The notes under the pieces are model-generated. The model was not told the origin of the DNA and did not search any database. It saw nothing but the letters and a program-made list of their open reading frames with translations. Below are positions 8,990 to 16,645 of a DNA stretch of 29,596 nucleotides, one piece after another. A program made the translations under genes and the position numbers. Numbering within the stretch: position 1 is the stretch's first letter; each line of letters begins with the position of its first letter. The DNA comes from an uncultured Gammaproteobacteria bacterium (GTDB taxonomy: Bacteria; Patescibacteriota; Patescibacteriia; Patescibacteriales; WJLG01), in assembly GCA_964486475.1 (NCBI GenBank), contig CAZALZ010000013.1:1-29596 (forward strand), written 5' to 3'.

Positions 8990-9736
8990 ATGGAAAGAGA
9001 ATTTTTGATTCACGGAGAAAATTGTTTTACCGAAACAGAACTTTCGAAGTTCGTGATTGTTAATAATCGTTTAAGTTTTTCAGAGGCCAACAGTTATCGC
9101 AGTAATTCATTTAGGGAGTATGTTTTGAGCGATGAAATTTTAAAAATTCTTCGCGAAAAAAATATTGAACCAAGAAAGGCAGATAGTGAAAACGCTTATG
9201 CTATTAGCGACAATAACCCGGGAGAAGCGGGAAGCAATTGGTTTTTTTATCTGGATCAGTATAAAAAAGGGACATTTGACTTGCGGGTTTCTCTAAGCTT
9301 TTCCGTCGAGATAAAAATTAGAAAGAGAGGCATGGTATTTTATCCGCACGCAGAAGCGTGTAGTTCTAACTGTACTTGCGTCTCTCCGAACAGCCGGTCG
9401 GCAAATTTTCGGATGTTTAAAACCTTAATTGACAATAACGCCGATGATGTTCCTGAGATTGCCAAAAGAATGGCTGCCAGTCCTGACGGACAAGTGGTCG
9501 TTAATTGGACGGAATTAGGTCTCGGCGGATTGAGAACACTAAAAGATATATTCTACAATGAATTTGCAAAGGGGAATGAAGCGGTACAAAAACTTACAAA
9601 AGAAACCATCTTTTTTCCAAATCCTTATAACGATTCACGGTACATAACTGAACAGGTACAGTCGATATTGTTTGATGTTTGGGAAGAACAACTTAAAGAA
9701 TATCGAAATAAACTCTATTCTAACTTTGAAGAATGA
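8990..9736 (+). CDS. Hypothetical protein (248 aa) with a C-x3-C-x-C cluster
   Basis: Strong RBS (taGGAGGgatagataATG) and a clean terminator after the stop. No recognisable domain. Contains HAEACSSNCTCVSP. Sits immediately downstream of tRNA-Leu. Confidence 0.55.
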   Translation: MEREFLIHGENCFTETELSKFVIVNNRLSFSEANSYRSNSFREYVLSDEILKILREKNIEPRKADSENAYAISDNNPGEAGSNWFFYLDQYKKGTFDLRVSLSFSVEIKIRKRGMVFYPHAEACSSNCTCVSPNSRSANFRMFKTLIDNNADDVPEIAKRMAASPDGQVVVNWTELGLGGLRTLKDIFYNEFAKGNEAVQKLTKETIFFPNPYNDSRYITEQVQSILFDVWEEQLKEYRNKLYSNFEE

Positions 9737-9752
9737 TATTCGAGATATTAGC

Positions 9753-9790
9753 AAGCCAGCCAGCAACACATGCTGGCTTTTTAATTTTTC
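9753..9790 (+). terminator. Rho-independent terminator of the 8990-9736 ORF
   Basis: AAGCCAGC-cagcaacacat-GCTGGCTT followed by TTTAATTTTT. Confidence 0.6.
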
Positions 9791-9846
9791 TTGATTTTTT
9801 ATAATATTTTAGTTATTATTAAGTAAAATAGTAATAATTAAAATAT

Positions 9847-11061
9847 ATGTCCAAAGTAATTATTGACAAAGAACTAATTGAAAAATTTTTAACTCGTGGA
9901 GTTGAAGCCGTCTACCCGACAACCGACGAATTAAGGGAAAAATTAATGTCCGGCGAACGTTTACGCGTCTACCAGGGTTTTGATCCGACCGGAAAATATC
10001 TACATGTCGGGCACGCCATGGGAATCCGCGCCTTGCGCATTCTCCAGCAACTCGGACACGAAGTGATATTTTTGGTCGGAGATTACACGGCGCGCATCGG
10101 CGACCCGGACAAAGATACCGGCCGCGAAATGTTGACCGAAAAAGAGATCAAAGAAAATCTGGCCGGCTGGAAAGAACAAGCCGCCCAGATGATTGATTTC
10201 GAAGGCGACAATCCGGTGCGTTTTGCTTTCAATAACGAATGGCTGTCAAAACTGAATTTAAACGACTTGATAAAACTAATGTCCAAAATGACCGTCCAGC
10301 AGATGCTGGAGCGCGATATGTTTGAGCGCCGGATGAAAAACGGCGACCCGATCGGTTTGCACGAATTTATTTATCCTTTAATGCAAGGCTACGACGGCGT
10401 GGCCATGGAAGTGGATTTGGAAATCGGCGGCGCTGACCAGACTTTCAATATGCTCAAGGGTCGCGAAATCGTTAAATCGTATTTGAATAAAGAAAAATTC
10501 GTCCGCGCCAATAAAATGATGGATGCCCCGGACGGCCGCACCATGTCCAAAACCAAAGGCAACGGCATTAATCTGGGCGATTCTTCCGAAGATATGTACG
10601 GGAAAGCCATGTCTTACGGCGACGATAAAATTCTCATGGGACTGGAATTGATCACTGATGTTCCCATGGACGCCATCGCCGAGATAAAAAAAGATTTGGC
10701 TAACGGTGCCAACCCGATGCAATACAAGAAAATGCTGGCTTTTGAAATAGTCAAATGCATCCGCGGCGACGAAGAAGCGGCCCGCGCGCAAAAGCATTTT
10801 GAAGACACGGTGCAGAACAAAGAATTGCCGGCGGAAATCGCCGAACTGAAAATGAAAGCCGGAAATTATCATTTGGTTGATGTTATGGTTGAAGCCGGAT
10901 TAGCCGCCTCTAAAAGCGAGGCCGGACGTTTAATTGATCAAGGCGGAGTTAAGGTTGATAATAAAAAAGCAACCGACAAGGAATGCGAAGTGGCGGTTTC
11001 CGATAAGGAGGTTCTTATCCAAAAAGGCAAGAGAGGATTTGTAAAAATCGTGAAGAAATAA
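9847..11061 (+). CDS. tyrS: Tyrosyl-tRNA synthetase with C-terminal S4 domain
   Basis: Class I motifs HVGH (GKYLHVGHAMG) and KMSKS-like (TMSKTKGN). The C-terminal S4-like RNA-binding region (GRLIDQGGVKVDNKK) is typical of TyrRS. Confidence 0.85.
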   Translation: MSKVIIDKELIEKFLTRGVEAVYPTTDELREKLMSGERLRVYQGFDPTGKYLHVGHAMGIRALRILQQLGHEVIFLVGDYTARIGDPDKDTGREMLTEKEIKENLAGWKEQAAQMIDFEGDNPVRFAFNNEWLSKLNLNDLIKLMSKMTVQQMLERDMFERRMKNGDPIGLHEFIYPLMQGYDGVAMEVDLEIGGADQTFNMLKGREIVKSYLNKEKFVRANKMMDAPDGRTMSKTKGNGINLGDSSEDMYGKAMSYGDDKILMGLELITDVPMDAIAEIKKDLANGANPMQYKKMLAFEIVKCIRGDEEAARAQKHFEDTVQNKELPAEIAELKMKAGNYHLVDVMVEAGLAASKSEAGRLIDQGGVKVDNKKATDKECEVAVSDKEVLIQKGKRGFVKIVKK

Positions 11062-11087
11062 AAATATTCAAAAAATACTTCAGTTTA

Positions 11088-11130
11088 AAACCGTGAATAA
11101 ATAGCCATTTTTTTGGTTCGTTCACGGTTT
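11088..11130 (+). terminator. Hairpin downstream of tyrS
   Basis: AAACCGTGAA ... TTCACGGTTT is a 10-bp perfect stem with a 23-nt loop. The T-tract is weak. Confidence 0.35.
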
Positions 11131-11169
11131 TATTGATAAAAAAAGAGTACGATAAAATCAGCAAAAACC

Positions 11170-11207
11170 TTGACATTGTATTACCATTGTAATACATTTA
11201 TTATATA
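11170..11207 (+). promoter_or_regulatory. Candidate promoter with palindromic operator for the TA operon
   Basis: TTGACA at 11170-11175. Near-perfect palindrome GTATTACCA/TTGTAATAC at 11178-11195 overlaps the spacer and -10 region (TACATT / TATTAT). Confidence 0.4.
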
Positions 11208-11227
11208 ACAAATTAAATTAAAAGAAT

Positions 11228-11455
11228 ATGCGCCAGGTATTAAGTTTGTCTTTGCCGGAACAAATAACCAAAGAAATCAAAGCTAATTCCAAAAAAAGAG
11301 GTTTTAGTTCTGTTTCCGGCTATGTGAAGTATCTTTTTGAGCTTGATAAGGATTTGATTTCTGAAAAAGAACTGTTAAATTCCGTCAATGAAGCCAGAGA
11401 AGAATACAAAAGCGGCAAAACCGTTAAAGCTAAATCAATAGCCGATCTTTTATGA
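11228..11455 (+). CDS. Type II antitoxin, ribbon-helix-helix type
   Basis: 75 aa. N-terminal strand-helix pattern (VLSLSLPEQITKEIKANSKKRGFSSVSGYVKYLF). It overlaps the downstream toxin gene by 4 bp (ATGA). Confidence 0.6.
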   Translation: MRQVLSLSLPEQITKEIKANSKKRGFSSVSGYVKYLFELDKDLISEKELLNSVNEAREEYKSGKTVKAKSIADLL

Positions 11456-11724
11456 TAGTAAAGGAAATTCATTATTCCAAAAAATTCGTAAAAGAAATAA
11501 AAAAACTTCCTAAAGAAGTTTTTATTTTGGCCGTAAATAAAGAAGAAATATTTAAAAATAACCCTCTTCACCCTTCTTTGCGTTTGCATGAATTGCACGG
11601 GAAATTTAAAGGAATCTGGTCCATTTCTTTGACGAATAATTATAGAATAATATTCGAACGAATGCCGAATGGCGATATATTATTCATCTCTGTCGGCAAG
11701 CACGATATTTATAAGTATTTATAA
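11452..11724 (+). CDS. Type II toxin, RelE/ParE superfamily (YafQ-like mRNA interferase)
   Basis: 90 aa. LHELHGKFKGIWSISLTNNYRIIFER parallels the YafQ/RelE core (HPLxGxxKGxxxxHVxPDWxLIYK). Translationally coupled to the upstream RHH gene. Confidence 0.65.
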   Translation: MIVKEIHYSKKFVKEIKKLPKEVFILAVNKEEIFKNNPLHPSLRLHELHGKFKGIWSISLTNNYRIIFERMPNGDILFISVGKHDIYKYL

Positions 11725-12156
11725 TTATTGCACAACTGATTTCAAGATAAAGTGGACGATGGAATAAGAGGCGAAGATGACCACCAGTCCGACAACCGCC
11801 CAAGCCAGAATATTGCGGCCTTTTTCGACTTTGCTGTCATTGCCGGCGGCTAGCATCCAAGTGAAGCCGCCGTAGATAAACATAATTAAGGCTAAGGAGC
11901 CGACAATACCCAGAAGGGCGTCAATGATTTTTCCGATTAAGGTCGGGACGTCGGTGACGCCGGCGTTTTCTAAAGGGTTTTTCAAGCTGACGGTGTCGCT
12001 TGAGCCGGAATTAGTAGTATTATCTCCTGATCCGCTTATTGTCGTTCCGTTGCTTCCTGAACCGCTTATAGTTTCAGCCAGTGTTTTATTCACAGAAAAA
12101 AAGCCCACTGACATTAAAATACATATAAAACATATAAAAGCAAATTGTTTGGCCAT
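11725..12156 (-). CDS. Secreted pilin-like protein, T4SS pilin (TrbC/VirB2-like) family common in CPR genomes
   Basis: Signal peptide (MAKQFAFICFICILMSVGFFSVNKTLA), G/S/T-rich linker, then DVPTLIGKIIDALLGIVGSLALIMFIYGGFTWMLAAGNDSKVEKGRNILAWAVVGLVVIFASYSI, which is the two-helix pilin core. The start is taken at the internal ATG (12154-12156). Confidence 0.5.
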   Translation of the reverse strand: MAKQFAFICFICILMSVGFFSVNKTLAETISGSGSNGTTISGSGDNTTNSGSSDTVSLKNPLENAGVTDVPTLIGKIIDALLGIVGSLALIMFIYGGFTWMLAAGNDSKVEKGRNILAWAVVGLVVIFASYSIVHFILKSVVQ

Positions 12157-12253
12157 AAATAAATTAAGATTAATTCTTATAATATTATTATAATATAATA
12201 AATAAAAAAGGGAAAGAAACAAAGTTCCTTTCCCCGAGTAAAGACAGCGAGTG

Positions 12254-12934
12254 TCAGAGATATTTTACATCTACTAATATGCTGTCCAAGCGGTCTTCTA
12301 ACGCGACCAGCTTGAATTTAACTTGTCGCGACGGCTTGTTGCCGTAGGTTGACTGGTCCCAGGCTTTTATGGTATCACCTGAGCTGTAGACGACCAGCAA
12401 TTTTTCTGACACACAGCGGCTTGTGTTTATGTCGTAATTATATTTCCTTCCTTGTTTGAAGTATAACCATTCACTCTCTCTGTGAGGAGAAAGCGAAATA
12501 AAATATTTTCCTTCTTCGAACCCTTTTTCTGGTATAGAAACTTTTTTTACCGCTCCCCCCCCCAAATCTTCTTTTACAGTCGAAAGGGAAAAATTAGGAA
12601 AAAAGATTTTAACGACAATCATTATTGCCGCCATAGCGATAATGATCCCGTCAAGTCTCGCCACCGTTTCCAGCATTATCTTTCCCTTGTAAATCCCAAA
12701 GAAAGCTAACGAAAGGGAACAGCCAAGAATAACCAAGAAAAAACCGTTTTTCAGCACATTGAACCCGACAAGTTGGGATAGAGTCCAAGTTCCTGCGACA
12801 ATCATAATTAAAGTTAAAATTATCGCCAACAACCAATTTCCTTCTTGAAGGACGGAGCGGACTCTTTCTCCATCCCTTTCCATTGGTTGTTCAACTGCTG
12901 TTTCTCCGAAAATTCTGCGATCGCGTATTGCCAT
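12254..12934 (-). CDS. Membrane protein, N-terminal TM helices plus C-terminal soluble domain; possible NfeD-like partner of the upstream SPFH gene
   Basis: Strong RBS (AAGGAGaatatctATG). 3-4 predicted TM helices then a roughly 100-aa soluble tail. Contains a G9 homopolymer (C9 on plus strand, 12555-12563) immediately followed by A7. Confidence 0.5.
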   Translation of the reverse strand: MAIRDRRIFGETAVEQPMERDGERVRSVLQEGNWLLAIILTLIMIVAGTWTLSQLVGFNVLKNGFFLVILGCSLSLAFFGIYKGKIMLETVARLDGIIIAMAAIMIVVKIFFPNFSLSTVKEDLGGGAVKKVSIPEKGFEEGKYFISLSPHRESEWLYFKQGRKYNYDINTSRCVSEKLLVVYSSGDTIKAWDQSTYGNKPSRQVKFKLVALEDRLDSILVDVKYL

Positions 12935-12979
12935 AGATATTCTCCTTTTTTGTGGCAGTTAACCGCGATCGAGATCGCG

Positions 12980-14230
12980 TCACTTGCCGGTTGTTGGTTG
13001 TTTTGATTGTTCGCGGTTGCGATAATCTCCTTGGTCTCGCCGATGATATCCGTGACGAAAACCAGTTCCTTGAGCCGCTCCATTGAAAGCATGGTTTGAT
13101 CCGCCTTCGCCCACAATATGGTCGATGTTTGGATTTCCCCATTTTTCCATTTCTTCCAGATGACGTATCGCTCGTTCTCCCTTTATTCCTTTGATATCAA
13201 GCATCGAAACGAGTTCGGCAATTCCCATTGCTTTTTCTTCAATAGCGATTCTTTCGGCCTTTGCCAGCCGTTCATTAGCCGCTCCTTGCCCCTCAGCTCT
13301 TTTTGCGATCGCATTTGCTTCGTGTGCCGCCGCTTCCGATTTTTTGGAAGCTTCCAGAACACTGTTTAAAGCATTCCGTTGGCTTTCCGTAAGAACGAAA
13401 TCGTAAACCTTTACAGTCTGGACTTTAATTCCCAACTTCAGAAGCTCCTCATTTTCAGGGGAAGTGATGAATTGCTCTGATAAATCATTCCCCTTTTTTT
13501 TCATAGCTTCTTCCATTTCTTCCGGAATGACCGCGCGGACAAAAGATTCTAAATAGCGAATCGTCGCTTTTATAGAATCTTCTTGACAGTAGACGGCCCG
13601 ATAGAGACTGTTGACTTTAAAGAATACATCGGCATAAATTGGCACTGAAGCATTTTTAAAGTCAATCAGCACTACTTGTTCAACACCGGCATTGTCTATG
13701 TAGCGGAAAAGATTTTTTCGGCGTTGACCCATAAATCCGAGAACTGTGGTTACCCAACCGAAATACGGAAAGAAGAAATACCATCCGCCCTCGGTTGCAG
13801 TGTAGGTGTAATTACCGAAAAGTTCCACAAGACGATTGTGGTTTTCCGACAGAGGAGTAAACCCCAACCAGAGAGCGTGAAAAACCAACCCGATAAAAAT
13901 AACAACAGCTAAGATTCCCACTGGAAATTTTTCCAACGCTTCAATGTTAGTAAATCCAACCGCCCACTTCAAGAGAAGCGCCGTCATAATTGATATAATA
14001 GCATCAACTCCGAATGAAATCATCCAAAGGTTTTTCGGGAAAAACCTTGGACCTCCCAGATTTTCTTTTTCTCCGTTTCCTTTTTTGGCCATAGCCATAG
14101 AAAGTAATGTTTTTTCTATTTTCATTACTTCTTCGTTTTTGCTTTTGTTTTTTTTCCGACTTGCGAAAAATTTCCCCAAAGAAAAGACAAAAAGAATGGA
14201 AACAACCACAATCGCCACTAACTTTTCCAT
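12980..14230 (-). CDS. SPFH/band-7 protein, HflK-like, with multi-TM N-terminal extension
   Basis: The C-terminus RHLEEMEKWGNPNIDHIVGEGG parallels HflK RLYIETMEKVLGNTRKVLVNDKGG. The central region has the SPFH core and a coiled-coil (AAAHEANAIAKRAEGQGAANERLAKAERIAIEEKA). Start set to the ATG preceded by AAGGAG (14228-14230) rather than the track start 14257. Confidence 0.7.
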   Translation of the reverse strand: MEKLVAIVVVSILFVFSLGKFFASRKKNKSKNEEVMKIEKTLLSMAMAKKGNGEKENLGGPRFFPKNLWMISFGVDAIISIMTALLLKWAVGFTNIEALEKFPVGILAVVIFIGLVFHALWLGFTPLSENHNRLVELFGNYTYTATEGGWYFFFPYFGWVTTVLGFMGQRRKNLFRYIDNAGVEQVVLIDFKNASVPIYADVFFKVNSLYRAVYCQEDSIKATIRYLESFVRAVIPEEMEEAMKKKGNDLSEQFITSPENEELLKLGIKVQTVKVYDFVLTESQRNALNSVLEASKKSEAAAHEANAIAKRAEGQGAANERLAKAERIAIEEKAMGIAELVSMLDIKGIKGERAIRHLEEMEKWGNPNIDHIVGEGGSNHAFNGAAQGTGFRHGYHRRDQGDYRNREQSKQPTTGK

Positions 14231-14383
14231 AACAACTCCTTTGTTTTTAATTTTCAAGGTTCTTTTAGTTTCTAAAACGTTAATTTTAGTAGTGTTTTAG
14301 ATATATAAATAATATCATATTTTATAAAAAAAGTCAATATTTATATAGTTATAAAGTTGCTATTTCAGCAGTTGCTAAAGTTA

Positions 14384-14431
14384 AAAAAGAAAAAATAAAA
14401 AGGGCCGGAAAACTTTCATTTTCAGGCCCTT
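14384..14431 (-). terminator. Rho-independent terminator of the 14439-15131 gene
   Basis: AAGGGCC ... GGCCCTT hairpin (14400-14431) followed on the minus strand by a long U-run (A-run 14384-14400 on plus). Confidence 0.55.
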
Positions 14432-14438
14432 GAGAAGC

Positions 14439-15131
14439 TCACGCAGCTGCTTCTTCTAAAACGACGGCCACTTGAGCCGTGTTTCCCGCCGCTTCAATCC
14501 TTTTTCCCAGCGCAAAGGTCTCTTGGGAAGTTTTTCGCGCATTTTCTCCGTGCGATATTCTTTCCGCCCCAATTTCCAGGAGCCTATTTTTGGCATCCCT
14601 TTTTGCTTCTTCAAGGGATACCATGGCGTTGATTATCACTTTCGCAGTTTTTGAAGCCTCTTGCAGGACATTTCCTGCAGCTCTGATTTGCGGAACGACA
14701 TCAACGAGCCTCTCTTCTTTTAGCCTCTCACTCTCGAAGATTTCAATCAACCTCTCGGAAATTCTCGCGGAAAAAGAGAGATCATCAATTTTTTTTACTT
14801 CTTCGGCATTTAGAGAGGAAACAGCTTCCATTGCTTCTTTAATCTCCCTAATCTCCCTTGCTCTCATTTTGAGGGTTCTTTGTCTCTCGACAATTTCCCT
14901 CGCAATGTTTTTTTGCTCTTCTTCTTTTCGCCTCACTTCTTTTTCTCTTTGATAAATATTTTTAATGCCCGGCAATACGGAACGGAGAAAAAAAACAATT
15001 CCTCCGCTGACAGCAACACTCGCCGCCATGAACAGTCCATACTTGCCACTGAACTCCATTGCCACAACAAAAAGTATGGCTAAAATCACTACTATACCGG
15101 CAATCTTCCCACTCATCTTTAAAAAATTCAT
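14439..15131 (-). CDS. Membrane-anchored coiled-coil protein, hypothetical
   Basis: N-terminal TM helices (IAGIVVILAILFVVA) followed by about 170 aa of E/R/K-rich heptad-like sequence. No family recognised. Confidence 0.5.
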   Translation of the reverse strand: MNFLKMSGKIAGIVVILAILFVVAMEFSGKYGLFMAASVAVSGGIVFFLRSVLPGIKNIYQREKEVRRKEEEQKNIAREIVERQRTLKMRAREIREIKEAMEAVSSLNAEEVKKIDDLSFSARISERLIEIFESERLKEERLVDVVPQIRAAGNVLQEASKTAKVIINAMVSLEEAKRDAKNRLLEIGAERISHGENARKTSQETFALGKRIEAAGNTAQVAVVLEEAAA

Positions 15132-15302
15132 AAAAACCCCTTTCTGTAAGGTTTTTTTGTTTATTGAATTGTTAAAGAGCGGGAAGAAAATTTTAGGCCT
15201 CGCGGCCGATTCTTTCTAGAATCACAATATCTTATCATAAAAGATATTTTTTGTCAACAAAAGTTAAAGTTATATTAAAAAACGTTTTTTTTGTTAAAAT
15301 AT

Positions 15303-15329
15303 TTAGCACTCTTGACAATAGAGTGCTAA
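15303..15329. promoter_or_regulatory. CIRCE operator (HrcA binding site), perfect consensus
   Basis: TTAGCACTC-ttgacaata-GAGTGCTAA is a 9-N9-9 inverted repeat identical to the CIRCE consensus. It lies 19 nt upstream of the hrcA ATG, and the spacer contains TTGACA. Confidence 0.85.
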
Positions 15330-15347
15330 TTGAGATATTATGGTGTT

Positions 15348-16055
15348 ATGGATAGAAAACATCAAATACTTGAAGCTATTATTAAAGAACACATCGCATC
15401 CGGCACGCCGGTCGGGTCTTCTGTTTTGGTGGAAAAATGCGGCCTGGATTGCTCACCGGCAACCGTGCGCAATATTATGGTTGAATTGGAAGAAGAAGGG
15501 TTAATCATGCAACCGCACACATCAGCCGGACGCGTGCCGACCGAAGCCGCTTATAACCTATTTATAGAAGAACTGAAAAACGGCCAGCGTAAATTGAAAA
15601 AAGCGCGCGAAAAAGAGCTGAAAGAATTGGATGATAGTTTTTCCGGAGAGGATGAAACAGCCATGCGCGAAACAGCCAAGGCTTTGGCGGCTCTGACCAA
15701 TTCCGCGGTTTTCTGGGCTTTTCATAAAAATAATTTGTATTATACCGGTTTGTCCAATCTTTTTTCCCAGCCGGAATTTATAAATTCCGGTTTGGTCTAT
15801 AATGTTTCAGCGGTGATCGATCGGATGGACGAAATTATTGATTCTATTTTTGAAAAAGTCTCGAGTTCGCCAGGGGGCGGAGCGCAAGTTTTTGTCGGCG
15901 AAGAAAATCCGTTCGGCAATTTCTGCGGTTCTGTTATTGCCAAGTATCGCCTCGGAAATCAAACCGGACTGTTCGGGATTCTCGGACCGATTAGAATGGA
16001 CTATGAGAGGAACTTGGGGCTGGTGGAATATATACTTAATAAGTTGAGGAAATAA
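15348..16055 (+). CDS. hrcA: Heat-inducible transcription repressor HrcA (short form)
   Basis: N-terminal winged helix ILEAIIKEHIASGTPVGSSVLVEKCGLDCSPATVRNIMVELEEEGLIMQPHTSAGRVPT. Only 235 aa from the ATG at 15348, against about 340 typical. The track ORF starts at an upstream TTG inside CIRCE. Confidence 0.85.
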   Translation: MDRKHQILEAIIKEHIASGTPVGSSVLVEKCGLDCSPATVRNIMVELEEEGLIMQPHTSAGRVPTEAAYNLFIEELKNGQRKLKKAREKELKELDDSFSGEDETAMRETAKALAALTNSAVFWAFHKNNLYYTGLSNLFSQPEFINSGLVYNVSAVIDRMDEIIDSIFEKVSSSPGGGAQVFVGEENPFGNFCGSVIAKYRLGNQTGLFGILGPIRMDYERNLGLVEYILNKLRK

Positions 16056-16157
16056 TTTTTATTATAATAACTGAAAAAAGAAAAATGAAATGTGAAAAAT
16101 GAGTAAAGATAAAATTTTTATCATTTTTCATGTTTCTTGTTTCATATTTCAAAAGCT

Positions 16158-16628
16158 ATGTCCGAAGAAAAAAAAGTTAAAACAGAAGAAAAAACTGTTG
16201 ACGAGAAAATTCTCGAATTAGAGGCCGAACTGAAGGACGCTAACGATAAGTATATGCGCGCGTTGGCTGAACAGCAGAATCTGGTCAAACGCCAAGCGAG
16301 TGAGAAAGAAGAATTTATCAAATACGCCAACCAGGAAATCATTTTAGAATTCTTAAGCGTTTATGATCACTTGAGAATGTCAATAGATTTCTTGCCGGCC
16401 GAAGAAAAGGACAATGCTTGGGTTAAGGGAGTTGAAATGACGATCAAGCAATTTAAAGATTTATTAAATGTGAATGGCGTGGAAGAAATAAAAACCGTTG
16501 GCGAGAAATTCGACCCGAATACTATGGAAGCCACCGAAGGCACGGGGGAGAAGGTCGCGAAAGAAATTATGGCGGGGTATAAGCTGAATGGGAAAGTAAT
16601 TCGCGCCGCTCGAGTTTTGTTAGAATAA
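16158..16628 (+). CDS. grpE: Nucleotide exchange factor GrpE
   Basis: Coiled-coil N-terminus then KYMRALAEQQNLVKRQASEKEE and C-terminal FDPNTMEA...G.VIRAARV. First ATG is 16158 (MSEEKK). Lies 100 nt after hrcA. Confidence 0.8.
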   Translation: MSEEKKVKTEEKTVDEKILELEAELKDANDKYMRALAEQQNLVKRQASEKEEFIKYANQEIILEFLSVYDHLRMSIDFLPAEEKDNAWVKGVEMTIKQFKDLLNVNGVEEIKTVGEKFDPNTMEATEGTGEKVAKEIMAGYKLNGKVIRAARVLLE

Positions 16629-16645
16629 ATAAATATTTGTAGCAG

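Noticed and set aside
8476-9736. Integrated mobile element at tRNA-Leu (integrase or att duplication)
   Set aside because: No integrase, recombinase or direct repeat of the tRNA 3' end is seen within the window. Only the orphan ORF is noted, as a finding.
9737-9846. T-box leaders upstream of the aminoacyl-tRNA synthetase genes (alaS, tyrS, glyQS)
   Set aside because: No T-box consensus (AATTAGGGTGGNACCGCG-like) or specifier-loop architecture is visible. The leaders are short and AT-rich.
12820-13142. Two overlapping minus-strand ORFs (12820-13116, 12891-13142) that could suggest a frameshift in the SPFH gene C-terminus
   Set aside because: The SPFH frame continues into an HflK-like C-terminal motif (LEEMEKW-GNPN-IDHIVGEGG ~ IETMEKVLGNTRKVLVNDKGG) and stops 45 nt before the next gene. 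The alternative frames read through the AAGGAG RBS and start codon of the downstream gene, so they are spurious.
14479-14952. Plus-strand 157-aa ORF inside the coiled-coil membrane gene
   Set aside because: It is antisense to a better-supported minus-strand gene with its own terminator, and it is Ser/Leu/Phe-rich as expected for antisense of an E/K/R-rich frame.
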